Source of the DNA: Gemmatimonas sp.
GTDB lineage: Bacteria > Gemmatimonadota > Gemmatimonadetes > Gemmatimonadales > Gemmatimonadaceae
Assembly (NCBI GenBank): GCA_965279375.1
Contig: OZ257156.1
Coordinates: 1,536,001-1,600,000 of the forward strand
DNA: 64,000 nucleotides
Reading direction: 5' to 3'
How positions within the stretch are numbered: the first letter of the stretch is position 1; every line of letters begins with the position of its first letter. Shown one piece after another: positions 20,185 through 29,189 of the stretch. The notes under the pieces are model-generated. The model did not search any database, was not told where the DNA came from, and saw only the letters and a program-made list of their open reading frames with translations. A program made the position numbers and the translations under genes.

Positions 20185-20196
20185 TGGAACGTTCCA
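20185..20196. promoter_or_regulatory. Putative LacI operator (perfect 12-bp palindrome TGGAACGTTCCA)
   Basis: Central CG dyad typical of LacI operators, located just downstream of the predicted -10 and next to the lacI gene. Confidence 0.7.
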
Positions 20197-20214
20197 ATAG
20201 CCGGAGGTAGTGTA

Positions 20215-20265
20215 GTGCAATCCGGCCGAAAGCGCATCTGGCACGTTTCGACGCCCGTTCGCTGA
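20215..20265 (+). CDS. Candidate 16-aa leader peptide (MQSGRKRIWHVSTPVR)
   Basis: CCGGAGG Shine-Dalgarno at 20201-20207, GTG 7 nt later, TGA at 20263-20265. Lies within the predicted susC 5' leader. Confidence 0.35.
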   Translation: MQSGRKRIWHVSTPVR

Positions 20266-20515
20266 CCCGCATCACGGCTCGACCGCAGCACCGCTCCGCC
20301 CGCTCGCCCTACCCGCTGCCCCGCTGTTCCCGCCCGCAGTGCCCGTCGTGACTCGCGCCCTCCCCGGGGCACATCCCACCGTCGCGATGGTCCCCCGCTC
20401 TTCCCGGTTCCGACGCTCGTCACGCCTGCTCCCGCGACCGACTCCCTGGGTCCGCGTGGCGCATCCCAACACCTACCACGCGGTACCCATGCCAAGCCTG
20501 CCGGAGGGTCCATTG

Positions 20516-23500
20516 ATGCGACGCTGGAAACTCGCTCTCACTCTCATGTTGCTGACCCCGCTCCAGCTCTTCGCCCAGAGTGTCGGGCGGATCGTCGGAA
20601 CGGTCACCATCGAGGGGGGACGCCCACTACCGAACGCGACGGTCAACGTCGTCGGTACTGCGCTCGGCGCGACCACGGGTGCGGACGGCAAGTACGTCAT
20701 CGCCAACGTTCCCACCGGTTCGCAGTCGGTGCGCGCCAAGCTGCTTGGCTACACGCCCATCACGAGCGTGGTGTCGGTCGCGAATGGCCAGACGGCCACG
20801 CTCAACTTTTCGCTGATCACGGCGCCGCTCAACCTCGAAGGCATCGTCGTTGTCGGCTACGGCTCGCAGGAGAAGCGCAACGTCACCGGCGCGCTGACCA
20901 CGATCACCGCCGACAAGATGAAAGACATTCCCACCAGCGATCCGATGAAGGCGCTGCAGGGACGTGTCTCCGGCGTGGAAATCGTCACGAATAGCAACGA
21001 ACCCGGTGCCTCGATGCAGGTGCGCATTCGCGGCGTGCGTTCGATGGCGAGCGATCGCAACGAGCCCCTCTACGTTGTGGACGGCATTCCGATCAACGGC
21101 GGCATCGGCGACTTCAATCCGGCGATCATCGAGAACATCACCGTACTCAAGGACGCTTCGGCGACGGCGATCTACGGAAGCCGCGGCGCGAACGGCGTCA
21201 TTCTCGTGACGACCAAGAAGGGCGCGTCGGATGGTCGCATTCAGACGTCGTACAGCGTCGACAGCTACTACGGTGCGCAGACGCCAGTGCAGATCGTGCC
21301 GATGATGAACATGCGCGACTTCACCAAGTACCTGCAGGACGCGGCGTTCTACAACGGGCAGGATAGCTCACTCGCGAAAGTGCTCGCCGGCCAGACGTTC
21401 GTGCCCGGCTCCACGACCTCCAAGCGACTGTACGCATATCAGAACGGCATCGAGACCGACTGGCAGCGCGCCGTGCTGCGCGACGGACTGCAGAAGAACT
21501 TCCAGGGCAGCATCACCGGGTCGGCGGCGGGCACGCGCTTCACGCTTTCCGGCAACTACTTCAATCAGCAGGGCGTGATTCCCGGTCAGGGAAGCACACG
21601 CGGCAACGCCTTCGCGACGGTCGATCATCAGGGCAAGTTCTTCCGCGCCGGTGCAACGTTCTCGCTTTCCCGTTCACTGCAGGAGCTGGGCATCGGCCAG
21701 GGTGCGTTTGGTTACGCGACCGCGATGGCACCGTTCGGCTCGCCGTTCAACTACACCACCAAGGACTCGGCCGGTCTCTACGATCCGCGTCCCGATGACG
21801 ATCCGCTGAACATCAATCCGCTTCTCGAAGCGCTGTCGATGACGCGCGAGCAGACCACCACGCGTGCCTTCTCGTCAGTGTATGCCGAGTTGCAGCTGCG
21901 GCCGTGGTTGAGCTATCGCGCGAACTTTGGTCCGGACTACTCGAACAGCTCGCTCGGTTGCTACAACGACCCATGGACGCACGGTTCCTGCGCGAGCCCG
22001 GGCAACTTCAGCTCCAATCAGGGGCAGCCGCCGCAGGCGATGCTGCGCAACTCGACGGATTTTGCGTACACCGTCGACAACCTGCTGCAGCTCAACAAGG
22101 ACTTCGGTGTGCACCACATCGAGGGCACGGCGCTCTACAGTATTCAGAAGGATCGTTTCACGCGTGACTCGCTGTATTCGTCGCAGCTCCCGTACAACAC
22201 GCAGCTCTGGTACGACCTGGGCTCCGGCGTGGCCGGCAACAGCCTGAGCTCCATCTCCGAGTGGGCGCTGCAGTCGTACATGGGACGCATCAACTACACG
22301 CTGCTCGATCGCTATACGCTGTCGGCGACGGGTCGCTCAGACGGATCGAGCCGACTCGCACCGGGCAACAAGTGGGCGTTCTTCCCGTCGTTCTCGGCAG
22401 CGTGGCAGCTGGGCGACGAGTCGTTCATCAAGAACCGCGGCTGGTTCGATCAGCTCAAGTTGCGCGCGAGCTATGGCACGACGGGCAACACATCGATCGC
22501 GCCGTATCAGACGCAGGGCACGCTGTCGTCCAAGCTGTACACGTTCGGCAGCACACGCGTGCGCGGCTATCGTCCGGGAAGCATTCCCAATCCCGACCTG
22601 ACTTGGGAGAAGACGGCGTCCACCAACTACGGCCTCGACTTCGGTGTGCTGAGCAATCGCATCAGCGGCTCCATCGATGCGTACTCGCAGAACACGACTG
22701 ACCTGCTGCTGACGCGCCTGCTGCCGGTGACGTCAGGCTTCACGTCCACGCTGCAGAACGTCGGCTCCACGAACAACAGTGGCATCGATATCAGCTTCTC
22801 CACGATCAACGTGCAGAACTGGCACGGCATCACGTGGACGAGCGACATGAACTGGTCGCGCAACAAGAACAAGATCACGGCGCTGCAGACCGGGTCGCAG
22901 TCGGACGTGAACAACGTCTGGTTCGTCGGCCAGCCGATCAACCTGTTCAACCAGACCACAGGGGCAGGGGATGGGCAGCGCCGCGTCTTCTATGACTGGA
23001 AGTGGCAGGGTGTGTGGCAGTACGCCGACTCGCTGGCGATGAAGGCGTTCAACGCGAACGGCTCGACGTTCAAGGCCGGTGATCCGCGCGTGGCTGACAT
23101 CAACGGCGACGGCAGGATCAACGCCGATGACCGCACGATCGTGGGCACGAGCTATCCGAAGTGGACCGGCAGCTTGTACAACCGCATCGCGTGGAAGGGC
23201 TTCGACATCTCCGGGCTCGTGTCGTGGAAGCAGGGCTACACGTTCATCGACGGCACGCCGCGCAGCTACACCGGACGTCAGGGCGTGATCGCGGACATGG
23301 ACTACTGGACGCCGACGAACCCGACGAACAAGAACCCGTTGCCGAACATCGGCCAGGTGGAGCGGTTGTACGCAACGACGCGCCTGTACACCGACGGATC
23401 ACACTGGCGCATTCGCAACCTCACGCTGGGCTACACGATGAGCCAGCGTCTGGTGAACCGTATCGGCGCGCAGAGCATCCGCTTCTACGGCACGGCGCAG

Positions 23501-23602
23501 GACCCGTATATCCACACGAGCTACCTCGGCGCGGATCCGGAAGTGGCAGGTGCCGCACCGACCCTGCGCACGATTCTGTTCGGCAGCAACATCACCTGGT
23601 AG
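20516..23602 (+). CDS. SusC/RagA-family TonB-dependent transporter
   Basis: GGAGG then ATG 20516; signal peptide; carboxypeptidase-regulatory-like N-domain; VVVGYG; plug motif LKDASATAIYGSRGANGVILVTTKKG; DGSSRL, LKLRASYGTTGN, NPDLTWEKT; terminal W. Confidence 0.95.
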   Translation: MRRWKLALTLMLLTPLQLFAQSVGRIVGTVTIEGGRPLPNATVNVVGTALGATTGADGKYVIANVPTGSQSVRAKLLGYTPITSVVSVANGQTATLNFSLITAPLNLEGIVVVGYGSQEKRNVTGALTTITADKMKDIPTSDPMKALQGRVSGVEIVTNSNEPGASMQVRIRGVRSMASDRNEPLYVVDGIPINGGIGDFNPAIIENITVLKDASATAIYGSRGANGVILVTTKKGASDGRIQTSYSVDSYYGAQTPVQIVPMMNMRDFTKYLQDAAFYNGQDSSLAKVLAGQTFVPGSTTSKRLYAYQNGIETDWQRAVLRDGLQKNFQGSITGSAAGTRFTLSGNYFNQQGVIPGQGSTRGNAFATVDHQGKFFRAGATFSLSRSLQELGIGQGAFGYATAMAPFGSPFNYTTKDSAGLYDPRPDDDPLNINPLLEALSMTREQTTTRAFSSVYAELQLRPWLSYRANFGPDYSNSSLGCYNDPWTHGSCASPGNFSSNQGQPPQAMLRNSTDFAYTVDNLLQLNKDFGVHHIEGTALYSIQKDRFTRDSLYSSQLPYNTQLWYDLGSGVAGNSLSSISEWALQSYMGRINYTLLDRYTLSATGRSDGSSRLAPGNKWAFFPSFSAAWQLGDESFIKNRGWFDQLKLRASYGTTGNTSIAPYQTQGTLSSKLYTFGSTRVRGYRPGSIPNPDLTWEKTASTNYGLDFGVLSNRISGSIDAYSQNTTDLLLTRLLPVTSGFTSTLQNVGSTNNSGIDISFSTINVQNWHGITWTSDMNWSRNKNKITALQTGSQSDVNNVWFVGQPINLFNQTTGAGDGQRRVFYDWKWQGVWQYADSLAMKAFNANGSTFKAGDPRVADINGDGRINADDRTIVGTSYPKWTGSLYNRIAWKGFDISGLVSWKQGYTFIDGTPRSYTGRQGVIADMDYWTPTNPTNKNPLPNIGQVERLYATTRLYTDGSHWRIRNLTLGYTMSQRLVNRIGAQSIRFYGTAQDPYIHTSYLGADPEVAGAAPTLRTILFGSNITW

Positions 23603-23616
23603 CGAGACCAAATCCG

Positions 23617-25446
23617 ATGACGAGAATTCATATGAAGCGCGGACTTCTTTGCACCGTGACGTTGGCGCTCGCCGCAGTCGCCGGTTGCACGGACCTCGAC
23701 GAGAAACTCATTACGGGCGTGAGCAGCGAGTACTACTCCACGCCTGATGGCCTGAACGCCGCCGTGATTGCCAGCTACAGTCAGCTGCGCAACTACTACG
23801 GCCGTGAGCAGCTGATCTCGCTGGCGCAGGCCGGTACGGATACGTGGTCAGATGCCGACCAGTCGGCGTCGAACAATCGCGAGTTCGGTGGCTACACCGG
23901 TGGTTTGAACAGCACCGTCGCGCCGCTGGCGAACACGTGGAACCCCGCGTACCAGATGATCAACACGCTGAATGCGGCGTTGGAGCGCGGGCCGAACACC
24001 ACTGGCATCACCACGGCGACGAAGAACTCACTGCTGGGCGAGGCGCACTTCCTCCGCGCCTTCGAGTACTTCATGCTGGTGCAGACGTTCGGCAGCGTGA
24101 CGTTGTCGATGAAGGAGAACAAGGGGTTGGTGGAGACGGCGGTGCGTGATACGGCATCCGCAGTGTACACCGCCATTCTCGCCGATCTCGACAGCGCGAT
24201 CACGCTGCTGCCTGTGACGCAGGCCGAGCGCGGTCGTGCCACGCGTGGTGCAGCGCGCGCGCTGCGATCCAAGGTGTACCTCACGCGCGCGTATCGTGCG
24301 TACTCACCCAGCAGGCAGGCCGACTTTCAGGCTGCGCTCGATGACGCGAAGGCCGTGATTGCGTCGGGCACATACTCGCTCACCCCCAACTACGCCGACC
24401 TGTGGTGCGTGGCGCGCGCGGCCGATCCGGGTCGTCAGGGCTACTGCGAGAACACCGGCTACAACCAGGCACAGAGCGAATTCATCTTCACCGTGCAGTT
24501 CTCGTACGACCAGACGCACTACGACGGTGGGGATCAGTACAACTATCTGCACCTCGTGTACCTGAGCCAGTACGACAACAATGCGTTTGGCGTAGGTGTG
24601 GCGCGTGACCTCAACAACGGGCGCCCGTTCCGTCGTCTGATGCCGACGCAGTACGGTCTCAAGGTGTTCGACAATCGCTGGGCCGGCACACCAGGCGCGA
24701 GCGACATCATGGATACGCGCTTCGATGGTTCGTACCAGACCGTGTGGATCGCGACAGCTGGTGGCCAGCGCAACCCGACGACGAACTGCCCGTTCTGCTC
24801 GAGCGGCGAGGTGGTCAACATCGGCGACACGACCGGTGTGTATCTGCCGCATCCCGTGACGACGGCGTTCCGTCAGAGCAAGAAGTACATGATTCGCACC
24901 ATCTGCCCCGCCGGCTACGCCGACCCGAGCGTGTACTGCGGCGATCGCTCGGGCGCGAGCGATGGCTACATCAGCTGGGACCGCTATCCGTCGCTCAAGA
25001 AGTTCCAGGACAACCTGCGAGCGAACCTGACGGCGCAGGAAGGCGGCAAAGTGCAGGTGCTGCTGCGTCTTGGCGAGATCTACCTGATTGCAGCCGAAGC
25101 GGCGCTTGGCTTGGGCAACACGGCCGAAGCGGCGGCCAACATCAATGTGCTGCGTGTGCGGGCCGCGACACCGGCGTACAAGAACGATCCTCGGCAGCTC
25201 GTGACGGCGGGACAGATCAACCTCGACTTCATCATGGATGAGCGCGAGCGCGAACTGGCCGGTGAGTTCACGCGCTGGTACGATCTGGTGCGCCCGGGCG
25301 CGCAGTTCTTCGTTGATCGCGTGAAGAAGTACAACCCGCACGGCGGCGTGAACGTGCAGCTCAAGCATGCCCTGCGTCCGATTCCGCAGTCGCAGATCGA
25401 CGGCGTTGTGGTGGGTCCCAAGTATCCGCAGAATCCCGGCTACTGA
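23617..25446 (+). CDS. SusD/RagB-family lipoprotein
   Basis: Lipobox LAAVAGC; GEAHFLRAFEYF, ATRGAARAL, LRLGEIYLIAAEA, DERERELAGEFTRWYDLVR, PIPQSQI, QNPGY. Alternative start at 23632. Confidence 0.93.
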   Translation: MTRIHMKRGLLCTVTLALAAVAGCTDLDEKLITGVSSEYYSTPDGLNAAVIASYSQLRNYYGREQLISLAQAGTDTWSDADQSASNNREFGGYTGGLNSTVAPLANTWNPAYQMINTLNAALERGPNTTGITTATKNSLLGEAHFLRAFEYFMLVQTFGSVTLSMKENKGLVETAVRDTASAVYTAILADLDSAITLLPVTQAERGRATRGAARALRSKVYLTRAYRAYSPSRQADFQAALDDAKAVIASGTYSLTPNYADLWCVARAADPGRQGYCENTGYNQAQSEFIFTVQFSYDQTHYDGGDQYNYLHLVYLSQYDNNAFGVGVARDLNNGRPFRRLMPTQYGLKVFDNRWAGTPGASDIMDTRFDGSYQTVWIATAGGQRNPTTNCPFCSSGEVVNIGDTTGVYLPHPVTTAFRQSKKYMIRTICPAGYADPSVYCGDRSGASDGYISWDRYPSLKKFQDNLRANLTAQEGGKVQVLLRLGEIYLIAAEAALGLGNTAEAAANINVLRVRAATPAYKNDPRQLVTAGQINLDFIMDERERELAGEFTRWYDLVRPGAQFFVDRVKKYNPHGGVNVQLKHALRPIPQSQIDGVVVGPKYPQNPGY

Positions 25447-25483
25447 TTCGCAACTGCATCGCAACAGCTTCGAAGGAGCCTGG

Positions 25484-27787
25484 ATGTTGCCGTACAAGAA
25501 TGCTGCGCTTTCCGCCGCGGCCCGCGCGGCGGACCTGCTGTCTCGGATGACAGTGGAGGAGAAGGCGGCGCAGATGATGTGTGTCTGGCAGGACAAGCGC
25601 ACGACGCTGCTGGGTGCGGATGGAAACTTCGACGTGAACGTCGCGCGGCGGGCGTTCGCGTCGGGGCATGGTCTTGGGCAGGTGGGACGTCCAAGCGATG
25701 CAGGCAGTACGCCCACCACGCCTGCCGACGGCAAGACGGCGCGTGGGCAAGCCGAGCTGACCAACGCGATTCAGCGGTTCTTCATCGAGGAAAGTCGGCT
25801 TGGCATTCCGGTCGTCTTTCACGAGGAATGTCTGCACGGTCAGGCGGCGGTGGGCGCGACGAGTTTCCCGCAGCCGATCGGGCTGGCGGCGACGTTTAAC
25901 CCGGCGCTGGTCGAGTCGTTGTACGCGATGACCGCGGAGGAGGCGCGTTCGCGAGGGACGCATCTCGCGCTCACGCCCGTGGTGGACATCGCGCGTGACC
26001 CGCGCTGGGGACGCGTGGAAGAGACGTTCGGCGAGGATCCACATCTCGTCACGCGCATGGGCATTGCTGCCGTGCGCGGCTTTCAGGGCGATGCGACGTT
26101 CCGCGACAAGACGCGCGTGATGGCGACGCTCAAGCACTTCGTTGCGCATGGGCAGCCGGAGGGCGGACAGAACTGCGCGCCCACGAACGTGTCGCAGCGC
26201 GAGCTGTACGAAGTGTTCCTGCCGCCGTTCAAGGCGGCGGTGCAGGAAGCCGGTGCGATCAGCGTCATGGCGTCATACAACGAAGTGGATGGTGTGCCAT
26301 CGCATGCGAACCGTTGGCTGCTGCGCGATATGCTGCGGAATGCGTGGGGCTTCACCGGCTTCGTGGTCAGCGACTACTACGCGATCTGGGAGTTGCACTA
26401 TCGCCCGGATACGCACGGGCACTTTGTCGCGCACGACAAGCGCGAGGCATGCGCTCTGGCCGTGCAGGCCGGCGTGAACATCGAGCTCCCCGAGCCCGAC
26501 TGCTACACGCATCTCACGGCACTCGTCGCCGACGGCACGCTCGCGGAATCGCAGCTGGATGAGCTGGTGGCGCCGATGCTGCGCTGGAAGTTCGCGATGG
26601 GGCTCTTCGACGATCCGTATGTCGATCCCGCCGTCGCGGAACGGGTGGTTGGATCAGCGGCGAACGCGTCGCTGGCGCGCAAGGCAGCGCAGGAAGCGAT
26701 CACGCTGCTGAAGAACGAGGGTGCTCTGCTGCCGCTATCGCTCGATACACTACGAACGATCGCGGTGGTGGGGCCCAACGCCAATGTGCCACTCCTTGGC
26801 GGCTACAGCGGTGTGCCGGAGCATCCAGTCACGGTGCTCGAGGGGATCACGGCGCGTGTTGCTGGCGCAGCAAAGGTGGTTCACGCCGAAGGGTGCCGCA
26901 TCACCATCGGCGGGTCGTGGCAGGAGGACGCGGTGGTGCCGAGCGATCCGGCAGAGGATCGCCGCATGATCGCCGAGGCTGTCGAGGCGGTGCGTGATGC
27001 GGATGTGATCGTTCTGGCGATCGGTGACAATGCGCAGACGTCGCGCGAGGCATGGTCGTTGGTGCACATGGGCGATCGTACGGCGCTGGACCTTATCGGG
27101 CAGCAGAACGAGCTGGTGGCCGCGATGGTCGCAACTGGGAAGCCTGTGGTCGCGTTGCTGTTCAACGGTCGGCCAATCTCGGCCACGTATGTTGCGGAGC
27201 AGGTGCCCGCGGTACTCGAGTGCTGGTATCTCGGGCAGGAAGCGGGACATGCCGTCGCCGACGTGCTCTTTGGCGACGTGAATCCTGGCGGGAAGCTGCC
27301 GATCTCGGTGCCGCGCTCAGTGGGGCACATTCCGGCGTTCTACAATCACAAGCCATCGGCGCGTCGCGGCTACCTGTTCGATGACGTGTCGCCGCTGTAC
27401 GCGTTCGGGTATGGGTTGAGCTATACCACCTTCGCGCTTTCGAATGTGCGGCTCGAGCACGACACAATAGCGCGTGACGGCCGCACGCGTGTGCACGTGG
27501 ATGTCACCAATACGGGATCGCGCGCGGGCACCGAGGTGGTGCAGCTGTACGTGCGCGATCTCGTGAGCACGGTGACGCGCCCGGTGAAGGAGCTCAAGGC
27601 CTTTGCGAAGGTGGCGCTCGAGGCTGGCGCAACGACTACGGTGGTGCTCGACATCACGCCCGAGTCGCTCGCCTTCTACGACTACCAGATGCAGTACGTC
27701 GTCGAGCCGGGGGAGTTCGCCATCATGGTTGGGACCTCTTCGCGCGACACCGATCTGACGACTCTGACGCTCCGCGTCAGCTCCTGA
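25484..27787 (+). CDS. GH3 beta-glycosidase (probable cytoplasmic beta-xylosidase)
   Basis: AAGGAG then ATG 25484; no signal peptide; HEECLHG, RDPRWGRVEETFGEDP, KHFVAH, VVSDYYAI, Fn3-like C-terminus. Confidence 0.92.
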   Translation: MLPYKNAALSAAARAADLLSRMTVEEKAAQMMCVWQDKRTTLLGADGNFDVNVARRAFASGHGLGQVGRPSDAGSTPTTPADGKTARGQAELTNAIQRFFIEESRLGIPVVFHEECLHGQAAVGATSFPQPIGLAATFNPALVESLYAMTAEEARSRGTHLALTPVVDIARDPRWGRVEETFGEDPHLVTRMGIAAVRGFQGDATFRDKTRVMATLKHFVAHGQPEGGQNCAPTNVSQRELYEVFLPPFKAAVQEAGAISVMASYNEVDGVPSHANRWLLRDMLRNAWGFTGFVVSDYYAIWELHYRPDTHGHFVAHDKREACALAVQAGVNIELPEPDCYTHLTALVADGTLAESQLDELVAPMLRWKFAMGLFDDPYVDPAVAERVVGSAANASLARKAAQEAITLLKNEGALLPLSLDTLRTIAVVGPNANVPLLGGYSGVPEHPVTVLEGITARVAGAAKVVHAEGCRITIGGSWQEDAVVPSDPAEDRRMIAEAVEAVRDADVIVLAIGDNAQTSREAWSLVHMGDRTALDLIGQQNELVAAMVATGKPVVALLFNGRPISATYVAEQVPAVLECWYLGQEAGHAVADVLFGDVNPGGKLPISVPRSVGHIPAFYNHKPSARRGYLFDDVSPLYAFGYGLSYTTFALSNVRLEHDTIARDGRTRVHVDVTNTGSRAGTEVVQLYVRDLVSTVTRPVKELKAFAKVALEAGATTTVVLDITPESLAFYDYQMQYVVEPGEFAIMVGTSSRDTDLTTLTLRVSS

Positions 27788-27809
27788 CCGTTCCCGCATC
27801 CCGTTCGAC

Positions 27810-29189
27810 ATGTCACAGGACTCAGAGAAGCTGTCGGTGAAGGAGAAGATTGGCTACGGCATCGGTGATGCTGCAGCCAACTTCATCTTTCAGACGATGA
27901 TCATCTTCCAGCTCGCCTTCTATACCGACACGTTCGGTATCACGGCGGCGGCGGCTGGAACGCTGTTCCTCGTCGTTCGGGTGTTCGATGCGGTCTTCGA
28001 TCCGTTGATGGGCATCGTTGCTGATCGCACGAACACGCGATGGGGAAAGTTCCGTCCATGGATTCTCTGGACTGCGGTGCCGTTTGGCGTCATGGGGTGG
28101 CTCACCTTCAGCACGCCGGACCTGAGCGCCAGCGGCAAGCTGATGTACGCCTACATCACGTACATCGTGCTCATGATGGTGTACTCGGCGAACAACCTGC
28201 CGTACTCTGCGTTGAGCGGCGTGATGACGGGCAACATCGGCGAGCGCACGAGCCTGTCGTCGTATCGCTTTGTCTGCGCAATGTTGGCGCAGTTGGTCAT
28301 CCAGGGCGCTGCGTTGCCGATGGTGCACTACTTCGGACAGGGTAACGACGCCAAGGGGTATCAGGCCACCATCGGCGTGTTCTCGGTGCTGGCGGTGATC
28401 TTCTTCGTGATCACGTTCTTCACGACAAAGGAGCGCATTCTTCCTCCGCCCGATCAGAAGTCCTCGATCGCGCAGGACTTTGGCGACTTGCTCAAGAATG
28501 GCCCGTGGATCGCGATGTTTGCGCTCACGGTTGTGCTGTTCGTGACGCTGGCGCTGCGTGGTGGTGTGATGCTCTACTACTTCAAGTACTATCTCGTTCG
28601 CGAAGATCTGTTCAGCCTCTTCAACGTGCTGGGCACCGGCGCGACCATCGTTGGCGTGTTGCTCTCCAAGCCGATGTCGCTGCGCTTCGGCAAGCGGAAT
28701 CTGTTCATCGCCGGATTGCTGGCGACGGTGGTATTCACGGCGGCGTTCGCGTTGCTGCCGCCCGCGTCCATCTCACTGATTGTGGCGACCGAGATGCTGC
28801 GTCAGTTCGCCTATGGCTTCACCATTCCGCTTCTGTGGGCGATGATGGCGGACGTGGCTGACTTCTCCGAGTGGAAGACACGCCGCCGCGCGACGGGCGT
28901 GGTGTTCTCGGCGATCGTGTTCGGACTCAAGGCGGGACTGGGCGTCGGCGGCGCGATTGGCGGCTACGTGCTCTCGGCGTACGGCTACGTGCCCAACGTT
29001 GCGCAGAGCGCATCGGCGCTGGATGGTATTCGGCTGAGCGCGAGTCTCTTCCCCGCAATCGGCTTCCTGTTGTGCGTGGTGTGTCTCTACTTCTATCGCA
29101 TCGATCGATCGATGGAAGTGCAAATCACCGAAGAGCTGACCGAACGCCGCAAGGGCTTTGGCGATACGCTCGTCGCGGCGGGCGCATGA
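27810..29189 (+). CDS. Glycoside-pentoside-hexuronide (GPH) cation symporter, probable xyloside transporter
   Basis: EKIGYGIGDAAAN, DPLMGIVADRTNTRWGKFRPW, NLPYSAL, WAMMADVADFSEW; about 12 TM segments. Confidence 0.9.
   Translation: MSQDSEKLSVKEKIGYGIGDAAANFIFQTMIIFQLAFYTDTFGITAAAAGTLFLVVRVFDAVFDPLMGIVADRTNTRWGKFRPWILWTAVPFGVMGWLTFSTPDLSASGKLMYAYITYIVLMMVYSANNLPYSALSGVMTGNIGERTSLSSYRFVCAMLAQLVIQGAALPMVHYFGQGNDAKGYQATIGVFSVLAVIFFVITFFTTKERILPPPDQKSSIAQDFGDLLKNGPWIAMFALTVVLFVTLALRGGVMLYYFKYYLVREDLFSLFNVLGTGATIVGVLLSKPMSLRFGKRNLFIAGLLATVVFTAAFALLPPASISLIVATEMLRQFAYGFTIPLLWAMMADVADFSEWKTRRRATGVVFSAIVFGLKAGLGVGGAIGGYVLSAYGYVPNVAQSASALDGIRLSASLFPAIGFLLCVVCLYFYRIDRSMEVQITEELTERRKGFGDTLVAAGA

Noticed and set aside
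18964..20214. 433-aa plus-strand ORF
   Set aside because: Antisense to lacI. Only its last 16 codons have an RBS, and these are reported separately as a candidate uORF.
23161..23616. Long N-terminal extension of SusD overlapping susC (possible frameshift fusion)
   Set aside because: SusC ends normally in a terminal Trp, and SusD has its own start and lipobox.
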